Below, piece by piece: positions 31,248 to 39,936 of a stretch of 55,492 bases of DNA. Position 1 is the stretch's first letter. Every line of letters starts with the position of its first letter. Both the position numbers and the translations under genes were made by a program. The notes beneath the pieces were generated by a model that ran no database searches, was not told where the DNA came from, and worked only from the letters and a program-made list of their open reading frames with translations. Location of the stretch: assembly GCA_043811375.1 (NCBI GenBank), contig JBDRNJ010000010.1:1-55492 (forward strand). The letters are read 5' to 3'. The stretch comes from a bacterium (GTDB lineage Bacteria; Zixibacteria; MSB-5A5; GN15; FEB-12).

Positions 31248-31766
31248 TTACTGAGAGATAACCCGGAATTCACAGCGCCGGTTCTTCGACCAGGCTTGCT
31301 CGTTTTGTCCGGATTCAACCGGGCGTTCCTTGCCGTAGCTGATAATCGAGATGCGATTGGGCGCTATACCCAGTCCGACCAGATAATCCTGGGTCGATTT
31401 GGCCCGCTTCTCTCCCAGCGAAAGGTTGTACTCAACCGTTCCACGCTCGTCACAGTGCCCCTCGATCTTGACGATGGCGCTGGAGAATTCCTTCAGCAAC
31501 TCGTAGTTCATGTCCAGAGCCGCCTTGGCATCCGTACGCAGGTTGTACTTATCAAAATCAAAGTAAACTGTCTCGAACTGAGACTCTCTGAGTTTCGGGG
31601 GAGGTGGTGGTGGGGGTTCTTCCTTGACCGGCATAGTGTCGACGGGAGCCGGAGGAGTCGTGTCTATTACCGGCATTTCGTCTGTTTTCTTCGGCCCGCC
31701 GCATGACATATTGACAAACGTCATCGTCAGCATCCCGACGGCAATTAACAACAGGACTTTCTTCAT
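31248..31766 (-). CDS. pal: Peptidoglycan-associated lipoprotein
   Basis: Lipobox MSC, VYFDFD, IEGHCDERGT.EYN..LG.KRA, SYGKERP, NRR. Confidence 0.97.
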   Translation of the reverse strand: MKKVLLLIAVGMLTMTFVNMSCGGPKKTDEMPVIDTTPPAPVDTMPVKEEPPPPPPPKLRESQFETVYFDFDKYNLRTDAKAALDMNYELLKEFSSAIVKIEGHCDERGTVEYNLSLGEKRAKSTQDYLVGLGIAPNRISIISYGKERPVESGQNEQAWSKNRRCEFRVISQ

Positions 31767-31888
31767 CTGCTATCTATCCTCTCTACACGAAAGTTATTGT
31801 TCACTGACAACTCACTGTGGGCTAATCTAACCGATGCCTTCAGAACGGTCAATATAAAAAAGCTTCATTATTTAGACGCACGATTCAC

Positions 31889-32105
31889 GGGCTTGTTGAA
31901 AATGTCACTGTCAGGGGCGGAGGTCTTCCGGTCGATGCGACGCGACAATCTTGTTGAGTGTGTGGCGTATGTTCACATACGCCGCGACCTACCGGCAGAT
32001 GTGGACATCTACCGGTCACAGGATCCAAATTCCGGTAGTAATTTGAGATTGCCACACCCGCCAGGACATGACTCGCCATGACGTGAAACGCAGTTTAATA
32101 AGCCC
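31889..32105 (+). mobile_element. Degenerate expanded MITE-like copy E carrying internal REP-like hairpins
   Basis: GGGCTTGTTGAAAA...TTTAATAAGCCC ends; gagattgccacacccgcc...cgccatgacg right arm as in copy D; internal gcgtatg-ttca-catacgc and ggcagatg-tgga-catctacc. Confidence 0.7.
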
Positions 32106-32711
32106 CATAGGCAGGATGTCCGGAGTTTTTTGAGGTGGTAGCGATTTTTTTCTTTACTATCGCCGGTGGATAGGCTACAATCGATTTAATCGACCGGCGT
32201 TGTTGATGGCGCTTGTTCTTATCGCTGTAACTGCCTGTATTTACATTTGTTACTTACGGTACGAATTCTTCACCTTAGTCAACTTTATTGTTGACAGTGA
32301 GTTAGCAAAGGACTACGGTTAATGTGGTGTTGATGAAAAGACGGTTTCTTATGCTTGAGAATCTGACCGGATTTCCGACAATGTCAGAAAGAGGTCTAAA
32401 AACTGAACGGTGTCTTGTAACCGATTGTCTAATTGTTGGTTACGCAGTATGGCCGGAGGTGGCCGGGAGTTGATGTTCAAAGAGTTCACAATCGGGTTAT
32501 ACGAGGATATGCTGAACCGGCAGACGTTTCCGCCAATTGATTCCGCCAACAGTGTAGCCGGTGTCATAATACTAAGGAATACAGTGGTTTGCGTCGGATA
32601 TTATAGTTCATTCAGAGAATCCGGCCGACCGCCCCGATTGAGTGACGACAGGCACCGGGGTTGCCCCTCTGATGATAGCATAATGTCTATCGGGAAAGGG
32701 GTATTGTAACG

Positions 32712-33659
32712 ATGGATTCGAGAGTTATCAGACGGGTACTGTTGGGATGGATTCTGCTGCTGCTGTTGGTGGCTCTGGCCGGGCGGGTGTCAGTGGCTGC
32801 GACCGGCAGTGGCCGGACGGCTGCTGATTTTCTATCGATCGGAGTTGGCGCAGGAGCCGCGGGAATGTCGGGGGCATATACCGCCGTTTGCGATAACGCG
32901 CTGGCAGCCTACTGGAACCCGGCCGGTTTGACCGGAGTGGTCGGTGGTGAAGCTGCTCTGGGACATTTCGCCTGGTTTCAGGATATCACGTTGGAGCATG
33001 GGACGGTTGCCTACAAAGCGAGTGACCACACGGCCCTGGCGGCGTCCATGACATTCCTTAACTACGGCCGGATCGAAGGATACGATGAAAACGGAGTCGT
33101 CACCGGCGACATCGCTGCTTATGACTGGTGTGGGGCTGTTTCGGTCGGAACAGAGCTGTCTGATAATTTTTCTTTGGGGGTAAGCGGCAAGCTGATCAAT
33201 CAGAAGCTGGACGATCTATCGGGTACGGCACTGGCGGCTGATCTGGGAATCCGGTATCAGACGGATCGTTTAATAGTGGCAGTTGCGGTAGCCAATCTTG
33301 GCACCGACATAACACTCGGCGGCGTCAGTGAGCGGCTCCCGATGACCGTAAGAATCGGCATTGCCGGGCATCCCCTGCATCCGAGCCTGCTGTCATCTCT
33401 GGAGTTGGAACGGAAAGTCTATGGAGAAACGATAGTCCGCAACGGTCTTGAGGCCGGTATTGACGATCGCTATTTTCTGCGAACCGGTATCAGTTACTAT
33501 CCTTCCGTTACCGACCGTCCGCTTGGTCCCGGTATCACTCTGGGGGCAGGTGTACGCCTTGCCTGGGGCCAGATCGATTATGCTTTCACACCCCAGGAGC
33601 AATACTCTTCCGAGACGCTGCATCGTCTGTCGGTATCTTTTAAGTTTAGCCAACACTGA
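32712..33659 (+). CDS. PorV/PorQ-family (FadL-like) outer-membrane barrel
   Basis: Signal peptide, FLSIGVGA.A.GM.GAYTA...YWNPAGL, C-terminal IDYAF...HRLSVSFKF. Confidence 0.85.
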   Translation: MDSRVIRRVLLGWILLLLLVALAGRVSVAATGSGRTAADFLSIGVGAGAAGMSGAYTAVCDNALAAYWNPAGLTGVVGGEAALGHFAWFQDITLEHGTVAYKASDHTALAASMTFLNYGRIEGYDENGVVTGDIAAYDWCGAVSVGTELSDNFSLGVSGKLINQKLDDLSGTALAADLGIRYQTDRLIVAVAVANLGTDITLGGVSERLPMTVRIGIAGHPLHPSLLSSLELERKVYGETIVRNGLEAGIDDRYFLRTGISYYPSVTDRPLGPGITLGAGVRLAWGQIDYAFTPQEQYSSETLHRLSVSFKFSQH

Positions 33660-34077
33660 CCCGGGACTGAAAACACCCGGCATTGACGACAACACTTCCT
33701 TTTAATACGGCTTGTCGCCTTGCCCTCTCACGATAAGTCTGGTCGGAACCCCTTGTGGTTCCGACAGAGACTCGGAAGGTCACACTCGCTGTGCGAGCAA
33801 GACCCGCCACAACGGTATACTTCCGCCCGTCAAAAACCCCATAGAAAGCACAAATACAGTCACATTTTCTCTTCCATCCGGCAATTGTCATCTGCGCAAG
33901 TACTTGCAACTATCCTGTATCGTCCGGCAACATGGTATGGGACATTTCCCGCATTATAAAATGAGCATCTCGATTATTGCCCGTTTACCGTACGATACTA
34001 CAATTTATCGTATTGGGACAGAATGAGTTATGTCGAGATTGTGGATATCTATAGCCATTTAGTACTGAAGTGGTTTT

Positions 34078-34094
34078 TTGGCAGACCTTTTGCT
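34078..34094 (+). promoter_or_regulatory. Sigma54 -24/-12 promoter of the sugar transferase gene
   Basis: TTGGCAGACCTTTTGCT = TGGCA...TTGC with exact GG-N10-GC spacing, 50 bp before the ATG. Confidence 0.7.
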
Positions 34095-34143
34095 GTAACT
34101 GGCACTTAATGCGGCAGAAGTCTGTCGATTTAGGTATATAATT

Positions 34144-35079
34144 ATGGAAAACAGCCCACAGCAACCATATGACTTGGGAAATGAGAATGCGGCGGTTCTC
34201 TCGCGGCAGCAGCTCAGCTATGGTGTAGCCTCGACTACTGAGGTTTCGCTGCCGATATCGCCTTCGGTTGAGACGTGGAGTTTGCTGGAGCAGTTACAAT
34301 ATTTCTATTGCGAACATATCAGGGGTTTGATATTTATAGCTATGTCGCTGGCAATCGTTTTTGCGATTCCGGTGGCTCTGGTGAGACCTGAGAAAATGAG
34401 GGCACTGGTTAACAGATTCGTCAAGCGAGCGATTGATATCGTAGGAGCGATAACCGGGTTGATTTTGTCGCTACCGCTGTTTGTAATTCTGCCCATTCTA
34501 ATCAAGTTAGACTCACGGGGACCGGTGTTCTATACCCAGGTAAGGGTTGGTCTTAACAACCGCAAACGCGATAGGCGTTTCTGCCAGAAAACTGATGTCA
34601 CCGAGCAACGGGCCCGCGATCGTCGTCGACAGGACTCTCAGGGCCGGCTGTTCAGTGTTATCAAGTTTCGGACCATGGTCGCTGACGCCGAGAAGAAATC
34701 CGGTCCGGTCTGGGCCACCAAGAACGACTCACGGGTTACGCGTTTGGGAGCTTTTCTTCGCAAATCCCGACTGGACGAGATACCGCAGTTTATCAATATC
34801 CTCAAGGGCGAGATGTCGCTGGTCGGCCCGCGTCCGGAAAGACCCAGCTTTGTTCGTGATCTGTCTGAGAAAATCGAAGATTACTCAGAGCGCCTGGAGG
34901 TCAAGCCGGGATTGACGGGGCTGGCCCAGGTGGAGAACGGTTACGATACTTCACTGGCATCGGTAGTACGCAAAGTAAACATGGATCGGCAATATATTCG
35001 CACCTGGTCATTGTGGTCCGACATCAAGATACTGGCCCGGACGATAGTGGTGGTACTCACCGGGCGAGGATCCTGCTGA
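34144..35079 (+). CDS. Bacterial sugar transferase (priming phosphoglycosyltransferase, WcaJ/WbaP C-terminal type)
   Basis: KRAIDI, DSRGPVFYTQ.RVG, KFRTM, LDEIPQFINILKGEMSLVGPRPE, KPGLTG.AQV. Confidence 0.95.
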   Translation: MENSPQQPYDLGNENAAVLSRQQLSYGVASTTEVSLPISPSVETWSLLEQLQYFYCEHIRGLIFIAMSLAIVFAIPVALVRPEKMRALVNRFVKRAIDIVGAITGLILSLPLFVILPILIKLDSRGPVFYTQVRVGLNNRKRDRRFCQKTDVTEQRARDRRRQDSQGRLFSVIKFRTMVADAEKKSGPVWATKNDSRVTRLGAFLRKSRLDEIPQFINILKGEMSLVGPRPERPSFVRDLSEKIEDYSERLEVKPGLTGLAQVENGYDTSLASVVRKVNMDRQYIRTWSLWSDIKILARTIVVVLTGRGSC

Positions 35080-35110
35080 ACATACGACCCGGTTTTCGAC
35101 CTGAAATAGC

Positions 35111-35138
35111 GGCCGCGATGAAACTCGCGGCCTTTGTT
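35111..35138 (+). terminator. Intrinsic terminator after the sugar transferase
   Basis: GGCCGCGA-tgaaac-TCGCGGCC-tttgtt. Confidence 0.75.
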
Positions 35139-35228
35139 GTTTTTGGTTCTTGCTTTAGTAATCAATTATTGTATTATTTCGATCAATCCTGCAGGATAAG
35201 CAGGTATATCAAACGAAGGGTGTCGACG

Positions 35229-35960
35229 TTGAAAAGGACTTTGACGGCTGTCCTGGTCATGATACTGGCGCCGCTGGCGGTGTCAGCTCAGAATATACTT
35301 ACCGGGGACGTGGTCGTTCGTTCCACACCGGAAGGTGCCCTGGTCACGATCTCCGGAGACGTGGTGGTGTCCGGCATAACGCCGGCCCGGTTCAGTCATT
35401 TGCTGGTCGGCGACTACCGACTCGTCCTGCAGAAACCGGGTTTCGAACGGTATTCCAGCCGGGTGGTGCTGGACCCGACCCGGCCATCGGAAATCGATGT
35501 CCGTCTTTCCCGCAAGACAACGCTGAAGGCGGCCGGCCGGTCGCTGCTGATCCCCGGCTGGGGACAATTGTATTCTGAGAGGAAGACGAAGGGGTATCTG
35601 TTGGGGTCACTGGCGGTGGTATCGGTACTGGCTTATCTGGCTGCCGATGACGAGTTTGACTACCGCTATGATCTCTACAGGTCAAAGCAGGACCGCTATA
35701 ATGAGTTGCTCACGACCGGCAGACTGGCCGACCTGCGTCGACTCAAGCCGGAACTGGACGAATCCCGGCGGGATGCCTATGATACCGAGAACGTCCGTCG
35801 CGTTACTATCGGTGCCGTTGTTGCCGTCTGGAGTGTGAGCCTGCTGGATGCCCTGTTTTTCCCACCGAAACAAGGGGCTGCCATTTCGATCAAAGGACTG
35901 ACCGTACACCCCGCCGCCAATCCTGACGGCGTGGAACTTACACTTTCGAAACGGTTTTAG
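35229..35960 (+). CDS. PEGA-domain protein with a DUF5683-like membrane segment
   Basis: Signal peptide from TTG 35229; RSTPEGA.V...GITP (PEGA); SLLIPGWGQLY. Confidence 0.78.
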   Translation: MKRTLTAVLVMILAPLAVSAQNILTGDVVVRSTPEGALVTISGDVVVSGITPARFSHLLVGDYRLVLQKPGFERYSSRVVLDPTRPSEIDVRLSRKTTLKAAGRSLLIPGWGQLYSERKTKGYLLGSLAVVSVLAYLAADDEFDYRYDLYRSKQDRYNELLTTGRLADLRRLKPELDESRRDAYDTENVRRVTIGAVVAVWSVSLLDALFFPPKQGAAISIKGLTVHPAANPDGVELTLSKRF

Positions 35961-35972
35961 GGAGAAGACCCG

Positions 35973-36920
35973 GTGTCAAGAAGTTTCATAGTAATCGGGC
36001 TGATTCTGCTGACGGTGGCAGTTGGCTGCAGTCGTTATATCGATTCGCGTGATCCGGTACAGTCGTTGCCGGGCGATCCGCCGGTGCCGACCGGACTCAG
36101 CGCTCGATCAGGCAACGGCCAGGCTGCTATCGCCTGGGAGGTGAGCAACGCCGCTGATATCGCTTTCTACCGTATATTTGTCGCAGATTCAACAGGCACC
36201 GGTTACGCTCTGCTGAATACAACGACGGCCGACAGTATCACCGTTGGGGAACTCATTCCCGGCCGGAGGTATTTCTTCCGAGTCGCGGCCGTGATGACTT
36301 CCGGACTACAGGGCGATATGTCGGCTCCGGTAACGGTGCGGGTGAGGTATCTGTCGATTGCCATCGAGGACGGCAACCGGTTTGCCAATAGCCGCCAGGT
36401 GAAAATCAGGCTGTACACGCAGAATGACGAGACGACGTATTTCATGCTGTCGGAGGATGCCGGATTCGCCGACGCTTCGTATCTGCCCTTTGTCGACACA
36501 GTGGTCAATTTCACTCTCTCCGATGACGATACCACCAAGACCGTTTATGCGCGATTGCTGTTTAGCGACGGTTCGATGTCGGCCGACCCGATTTCAGACG
36601 AAATCATTCTTGATACCCGGGCGCAGATTGATTCGGTCTTCTTCACTTATGATCAAGGCAACGGACTTATCAAATTGGGGCTGGTTACCGGCGAGACTGG
36701 TGGTGTAGCCACTGTTTCATTCGGCAGCGTTACAGACGTGCCGTTGTATGACGACGGCACCTACCCCGGTGACATTCCCAACAATGGTATTTATAACGGC
36801 ATCTGGGTAGTGCCGGCCGGTTTCTCAATATCGAACGGGGTGGTTACCGGTGCTTTCACCGATGCGGCGGGCAATGTGGCGTTTCCGATTTCCGCACAAC
36901 AGTTTCTCAATGTCCCCTGA
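35973..36920 (+). CDS. Fibronectin type III domain lipoprotein
   Basis: Lipobox AVGC; PPVPTGLSA..W...L.PGRRYFFRVAAV; LYDDGT..GD..NNGIY motif. Confidence 0.8.
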   Translation: MSRSFIVIGLILLTVAVGCSRYIDSRDPVQSLPGDPPVPTGLSARSGNGQAAIAWEVSNAADIAFYRIFVADSTGTGYALLNTTTADSITVGELIPGRRYFFRVAAVMTSGLQGDMSAPVTVRVRYLSIAIEDGNRFANSRQVKIRLYTQNDETTYFMLSEDAGFADASYLPFVDTVVNFTLSDDDTTKTVYARLLFSDGSMSADPISDEIILDTRAQIDSVFFTYDQGNGLIKLGLVTGETGGVATVSFGSVTDVPLYDDGTYPGDIPNNGIYNGIWVVPAGFSISNGVVTGAFTDAAGNVAFPISAQQFLNVP

Positions 36921-36995
36921 TCTCTCTGCTCGCGAAAACTGCCTGTTTTCAACCGGCTCCAATCCACGCAACACCAGAGTTCCGTAACAGGATCA

Positions 36996-37844
36996 GTGGT
37001 GGATATTATTACCGGGATAAATCGATTCATCGGCCTGCTGGTGGAGACTGCCCGACAATTCCGCCAAGGGCGCATCTGGTTGTTGCTGCTGGGCTACCTG
37101 GCGGTTAACTGGCTCATCCTGCAGGGATTCCACCAAAGCAGTTGGTCGGTCACCGGTACCCTGGTCACATTCTGGACCGCACTGGTGGATTCTGAGCAGG
37201 CAATCAGATTCACTCACTATCCCGACCACCTGGTGCTGTTGCCTGCTTATTTTGGCTGGGCTAAGCTGTTGCTGGCGTTTTTTGTGGAGGGACCGCTTCT
37301 GGGTGCGCTGGCCATTATGTTCCACGGTAGTTTCATGCATATCCCTTCCGGACAGCAGCATCCGATCAGAAGCGCACTCTCGGCCTGGTTTCATCTGGTC
37401 GCGGCCTGGGTTATAATCTACGGTTTGGTACTGCTGCTCTATCTGCCTCTGCCGCAACTGCTGGCGCCGTTGCTGGCCGGTTCCGGCAAGCGTATGCTGG
37501 CGTTTGAGTTCGTACTGCAACCGGCAGCATTCGCAACTATTCTGGCGCTGTTTTTCTTTGTCATACCCCGCATCGCAGTCTACCGGGAATCGTTACCGAG
37601 GGCACTGGCGCGATCGGTACCGGTCGTGGTCGAGAATCCGATAACCTGTCTGACTCTCGCCGCATTTATCCTGGCTATACCGATCCTGCTGATGAATATC
37701 CTCAACCGCGCCCCTCAGATTGCCGATCGGTTCACCCCGGAGACAGTCTACTGGCTGCTGGCGATCAGCCTGCCGGTCGACACGCTGTTTTATTTCTTCT
37801 GGATGGGCACCGCCGTACGTTTCCTGATCGATGAGGAGCGGTGA
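36996..37844 (+). CDS. Hypothetical integral membrane protein
   Basis: About 6 hydrophobic helices; co-oriented with the upstream genes. Confidence 0.75.
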   Translation: MVDIITGINRFIGLLVETARQFRQGRIWLLLLGYLAVNWLILQGFHQSSWSVTGTLVTFWTALVDSEQAIRFTHYPDHLVLLPAYFGWAKLLLAFFVEGPLLGALAIMFHGSFMHIPSGQQHPIRSALSAWFHLVAAWVIIYGLVLLLYLPLPQLLAPLLAGSGKRMLAFEFVLQPAAFATILALFFFVIPRIAVYRESLPRALARSVPVVVENPITCLTLAAFILAIPILLMNILNRAPQIADRFTPETVYWLLAISLPVDTLFYFFWMGTAVRFLIDEER

Positions 37845-37879
37845 ACACCCGGTAGAGACAATCAGCCCGCTCTACAACA

Positions 37880-37924
37880 GAAACGGCACTCGTCCCGCGA
37901 ACAAGCCGGGGACAAATACCGTTT
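37880..37924. terminator. Hairpin between convergent genes
   Basis: aaacgg..gtccc....gggac..ccgttt imperfect inverted repeat. Confidence 0.45.
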
Positions 37925-37980
37925 CCTGAGATGATCTTCGGCCGCGATCTTCGTCGGCAAAGACTCCTACGTGTCCGGAT

Positions 37981-38583
37981 TCAGTCTTTGGCAGCCAGCC
38001 GCTTCTCCAGGGAGGCGACCGTTTTGGTCAGCTTGTCGAGCTTGGATTCCATCTTCTTCAGATCAACCCGCTTGATCAGCTTGTACTCCCTGACTTCTTT
38101 GGCCAGCCGTGAAACCTCTTTGTGCGCCCTTGATGCCTCCTTAGCAATCCTGTCCCGCATCCCGGCGGTTGATTTCTCGGCTTTATCCAGCAGTTCCATG
38201 ACTGCTTTCTTGCGGTCGGATTTGTCCAGTTCGCCCTTTTTGATCAGATCATCGATGATCTTCTCCGCTCTGGCTTTGGTCACCTGAATGGCTCCAATCG
38301 AAGCCAACACTGTGTTTTTCAGAATAGACATGGACCTGACACCTCCTAATTGAATTATGTTTGAAAAAAGCTTGGTTGTCTGCCTGACATCTCCCCATAA
38401 AGCAGCTTCCGCCAGCACGATCCGGCCCAGAACCTGAAGAGATATATCCTCACCGGTATTTGAGTCCACCACCCGAATCTCAGCACCATCGCGTATAAGA
38501 TCGGCCAGTTCGGCCTGGGTAAGGGTCCGGCTGTCCCGCACATCGTACAGGCGCCGGTTGCTGTATCTTCGAATGATCCTCAT
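37981..38583 (-). CDS. PhaR-type PHA-regulator DNA-binding domain fused to a phasin (PhaF/PhaI-like) domain
   Basis: N-terminal RIIRRYSNRRLYD..S..LT...L.DLIRDG..IRVVD..TGEDIS; C-terminal LASIGA.....AEK..D.L.KKGE coiled coil. Confidence 0.88.
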   Translation of the reverse strand: MRIIRRYSNRRLYDVRDSRTLTQAELADLIRDGAEIRVVDSNTGEDISLQVLGRIVLAEAALWGDVRQTTKLFSNIIQLGGVRSMSILKNTVLASIGAIQVTKARAEKIIDDLIKKGELDKSDRKKAVMELLDKAEKSTAGMRDRIAKEASRAHKEVSRLAKEVREYKLIKRVDLKKMESKLDKLTKTVASLEKRLAAKD

Positions 38584-38596
38584 GTGCCTGTCATAA

Positions 38597-38623
38597 TATA
38601 GTGCACCGCACTATAATTGTCAA
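38597..38623 (-). promoter_or_regulatory. Sigma70 promoter with a palindromic operator (putative PhaR box)
   Basis: Minus strand TTGACA-17nt-TATATT; perfect inverted repeat TATAGTGC-acc-GCACTATA (38597-38615) covers the spacer and -10. Confidence 0.75.
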
Positions 38624-38682
38624 CGTTAAAACCGGTCTTCGGGTTTCAATTATCCTGTCGGAATCAATCCGCCACAATTGAG

Positions 38683-38711
38683 TGGACTCGGAGCTGATGA
38701 TGGCATATAAT
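38683..38711 (+). promoter_or_regulatory. Sigma70 promoter for the M42 peptidase-cysS operon
   Basis: TGGACT-17nt-TATAAT. Confidence 0.6.
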
Positions 38712-38853
38712 TAAGGTTTGCCGTAGTTAGCCTGGAAATCGGCCGGGATCGGGTTTCCCGGGGCGAACCATCCGGGCAACAGTGCGGCCGGGGAGGGTCA
38801 GTGACCGGTTGAGATTGATAACAAATTACTTTTCAGATGAGGATAGATGAACA

Positions 38854-39930
38854 GTGGACAGAGTAGAACTTCTATTGCAGGAAATTACGGAGGCCAACGG
38901 TGTCTCCGGTTATGAGCAGGAAATACGTTCGATATTGGCCCGCGAGCTGGCCGGCACAACCGACAGTGTTGAATACGACCGGCTGGGCTCTATCCTGGGG
39001 CGTAAGCAGGGCGGCAGCGATCGCCCCCGCGTCATGGTGGTGGGTCACATGGACGAAGTCGGTTTTATGGTCAAGGAGATTACCTCCGAGGGTTATATCA
39101 AGTTTCTGCCCCTGGGGGGCTGGTGGGGGCACGTGGCCCTGGGCCAACGGTTGAGGATTATCACTTCCCGGGGTCCGGTGACAGGCGTGGTGGGGTCGCA
39201 ACCGCCGCACCTGCTGACGGAAAAAGACCGCGCCAAGGTAATTGAGATAAAGGATATGTTTATCGACGTCGGCGTGCAGGAAAAATTCGACGTCGCCAAG
39301 AAACTGGGAATCAAGGTAGGCGATCCGATCATACCGGAAAGCCGGTTTACGATCATGGGCAACCGCCGCATGTATATGTCGAAGGCCTTTGATAATCGGG
39401 TTTCCTGCGCCATCATACTTGAGTTGATGCGCAAGTTCCAGAAGGCTAAGCATCCCAACACGATCCTGGGCTGCGCCAGCGTGCAGGAGGAAGTCGGATT
39501 GCGGGGCGCCAGTACGGTAGCTCACGTGGGGGACCCGGACGTCTGTATCGTGGTGGATATCGGTATCGGGCAGGATGTGCCACCTGAGGGCTTCAAGAAA
39601 AAAGAGAAACTCGGCGGCGGTCCGGCCATTCTCATCTACGACGCCCGGATGATTCCCAATATCAAGCTCCGCGACCTGTTTGTCACCACGGCCGAACAGA
39701 AGAAGATCCCCTACCACCTGACCTACATGGAGCGCGGCGCCACCGATGGCGGACCGATCCACCTGAGCCGAGCCGGGGTGCCGTCCATCGTTATTGGGCC
39801 GCCGGTGCGTTACATACACAGCCATAATGGAATACTGAACCGGACCGACTATGATAATACGATTAAGTTGATCGCCGAAGTTATCAAGAAGCTCAACTCC
39901 AGGACGGTAGATTCACTGACGGAGGGATAA
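38854..39930 (+). CDS. M42 family aminopeptidase
   Basis: GVSGYE, GHMDEVG, KAFDNR, VQEEVGLRGA, GATDGG, RYIHS. Confidence 0.95.
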   Translation: MDRVELLLQEITEANGVSGYEQEIRSILARELAGTTDSVEYDRLGSILGRKQGGSDRPRVMVVGHMDEVGFMVKEITSEGYIKFLPLGGWWGHVALGQRLRIITSRGPVTGVVGSQPPHLLTEKDRAKVIEIKDMFIDVGVQEKFDVAKKLGIKVGDPIIPESRFTIMGNRRMYMSKAFDNRVSCAIILELMRKFQKAKHPNTILGCASVQEEVGLRGASTVAHVGDPDVCIVVDIGIGQDVPPEGFKKKEKLGGGPAILIYDARMIPNIKLRDLFVTTAEQKKIPYHLTYMERGATDGGPIHLSRAGVPSIVIGPPVRYIHSHNGILNRTDYDNTIKLIAEVIKKLNSRTVDSLTEG

Positions 39931-39936
39931 GAGGAC

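Noticed and set aside
33700..33830. Possible SRP or other known ncRNA after porV
   Set aside because: No SRP or riboswitch consensus was recognised; the main hairpin (gtcggaacc..ggttccgac) is a variant of the REP family.
34099..34114. Second TGGCAC...TGC motif upstream of the sugar transferase
   Set aside because: The GG-to-GC spacing is 8 nt rather than the 10 required for sigma54.
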